This document shows, piece after piece, positions 7,609 through 9,115 of a DNA stretch of 9,115 nucleotides; positions within the stretch are counted from its first letter, which is position 1; the number at the start of each line of letters is the position of its first letter. The position numbers and the translations under genes were made by a program. The stretch is from positions 1 through 9,115 of the forward strand of contig CDMY01000946.1 of NCBI GenBank assembly GCA_001179505.1, read 5' to 3'. Source of the stretch: Vitrella brassicaformis CCMP3155 (taxonomy: Eukaryota; Protista; Chromerida). The notes beneath the pieces were generated by a model. That model was not told the origin of the DNA, ran no database searches, and was given only the letters and a program-made list of their open reading frames with translations.

Positions 7609-8610
7609 CGGTGTCTGTCGGCGTGTATGTGTTTGTGTGCGTGCGTGTGTGGTGGGTCTGTGCGGCTGTTGGTGCACATTACGTGGGCAAATCGATGGGA
7701 TTTCTTTGGCTCGCGGGCACGCTTCATGTGTCAAGTGATGGAAATGGACTTGCATTTACCATGTTGCGAGGGCGGAAGCTGCCTTTCTCCGTCAGCCTCA
7801 GCAGTAGGTAATCGTACCAGAGGTCCATCCGACACACACGCCACCCCACTCTATTTCACCAGGCGCGCTAAGCTAAGAGGGAAAAAGCCAAAAACGTATG
7901 GATACATCGATAGAGAGACGCCATATTCTTGCTTTCTTTCAGTCCGTCAAGCACATACGTATATACACGTCACGGCAAGAATGACTGGTTCGGGTTTCTT
8001 ACCCTACGTACACATCTCAGGCCCACACACAGACACACACGCCGACAAGACACATGCAACAGCCACGCATCAACCGCCGAATCAGCCAGCCAACAGCCAA
8101 CCGACGCAACCAGGAAACGCACATGTGTGTGTCTCACCATCTCTGCACGCACACGCGTGAATCGGTGCATGAAGGAGGGCTGAATGTCTGCATTGTAATG
8201 TATTGCGGCGCAGCTATGTACGTCGGGACAGGCACATTGCACACACGGACATACACACTCACATTCTCACGCATGGCCGTCCTTCGTGTGCGCTGTACTG
8301 GTATGCTGCAGAGACGAAGTTGTGGATCAGGACCAGCCCAAGTTGAGCGTGCTCCACCTCGACGCGCCAAACTATAGCAGCATGAGACTGGGACGTGACG
8401 TAAAGATACATATGCACACATAGCGAATGGATGCATATCATACGTCCGTTTGTTTGTTTGGGCATCCATTCATTCAGACCTCATGCAGGGGCGGGCGAGC
8501 GGGCGTCCTCTGGGTTGGTCGTAACCAGGGACAGGCATGTCTGTCTAGGTATCTACTTGCACAGACAGATGTATGTATGTGTGTGGACGGCACACGCACA
8601 CAGGTCATGC

Positions 8611-8629
8611 TGTCTGTCTGTCTGTCTGT
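8611..8629 (+). repeat. (TGTC)n tetranucleotide microsatellite
   Basis: TGTCTGTCTGTCTGTCTGT read directly. Confidence 0.9.
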
Positions 8630-8728
8630 TTGCAGACAGATTTAACCTACCTACATGCATGTGTCTGTAGGTGTCTGTCTCCCAATGATTGAGTCGGTGA
8701 TTTCTCGGCTGTTTCTCCTCCTTTTCGG

Positions 8729-8983
8729 ATGAGGGAGCGTGTGTCGGACTACACCCAGCCCCCTCCAGCGACCCTCATCCCGCGAGACGGCGGCGGGCTC
8801 CCCTGTTGCGCATGCAACGCGAAAGGGAAGCCTGCGCTGTCCACATGCAGCCGAGGATGTGACTGCCGGGAGAACAAGCGCCTCTGCACTGACTGTGTCA
8901 ACTGCAAGCGCGGCACGAGCACGAATTTTGTGTATCCCGCGGCCCCAACCGTTTGCGATGATGATGTGCGAAAAGGCCGGTGA
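8729..8983 (+). CDS. Small protein or first exon with CXC-like (MSL2/tesmin-type) Cys-rich zinc cluster
   Basis: 84-aa ORF after a pyrimidine-rich leader. CCACNAKGKPALSTCSRGCDCRENKRLCTDCVNC has 9 Cys in 34 aa, spaced CC-x-C-x10-C-x3-C-x-C-x6-C-x2-C-x2-C, with an Asn 7 residues later. A possible donor G|GTGAGG at 8980 overlaps the stop, so the gene may continue. Confidence 0.55.
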   Translation: MRERVSDYTQPPPATLIPRDGGGLPCCACNAKGKPALSTCSRGCDCRENKRLCTDCVNCKRGTSTNFVYPAAPTVCDDDVRKGR

Positions 8984-9115
8984 GGACCTTTCCTGTAGTT
9001 AGCTGAATAGAGGATCTGCTGGGCGGTAAGTCCCAGAGTAAGAGTGCTTTTACTTTAATAAGACCGATGGACTGGCCAGTCAGTCAAAGTTGATTCTGTC
9101 CATGTATGGCATCAT

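Noticed and set aside
7611-8242. ORFs 7611..7811, 7627..8160, 7929..8183 and 7970..8242
   Set aside because: Low-complexity, CA/GT-rich translations typical of UTR or intergenic DNA, with no family resemblance.
8425-8471. 10-bp perfect inverted repeat GAATGGATGC / GCATCCATTC with a 27-nt loop
   Set aside because: It is built from GATG/CATC microsatellite-like words common in this DNA. No TSD or other MITE or terminator evidence.

Overview
Eukaryotic genomic DNA with short GT-AG introns and GT/GATG/ACAG microsatellites. The style suggests a chromerid/alveolate such as Vitrella; this is an inference, not proven. (1) Positions 1-~2321 are a degenerate 60-bp tandem repeat array of about 43 full or partial units that runs off the left edge. 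A second array of the same family (~3460-3961) lies in the opposite orientation after ~1.14 kb of unique spacer. Nearly all ORFs listed between 186 and 4000 are artefacts of this repeat. (2) The outer end of the inverted array abuts a minus-strand protein-kinase remnant (subdomain IV-V, HRNLCDVLEIWRNQDFIYVVMRWANGG). (3) A four-exon + strand gene, join(5347..5560,5674..5910,5987..7054,7142..7608), encodes 661 aa: a STAND/AAA+-like P-loop NTPase fused to a C-terminal PD-(D/E)xK-type nuclease, the Crinkler/RHS-type 'NTPase+REase' architecture. Its first exon encodes what looks like a signal peptide, an 'AA-F' motif and an acid-free basic transit peptide, i.e. a secondary-plastid-type bipartite leader. 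(4) A short ORF at 8729-8983 carries a 9-Cys CXC-like (MSL2/tesmin-type) zinc cluster. No rRNA, tRNA or CRISPR array is supported.
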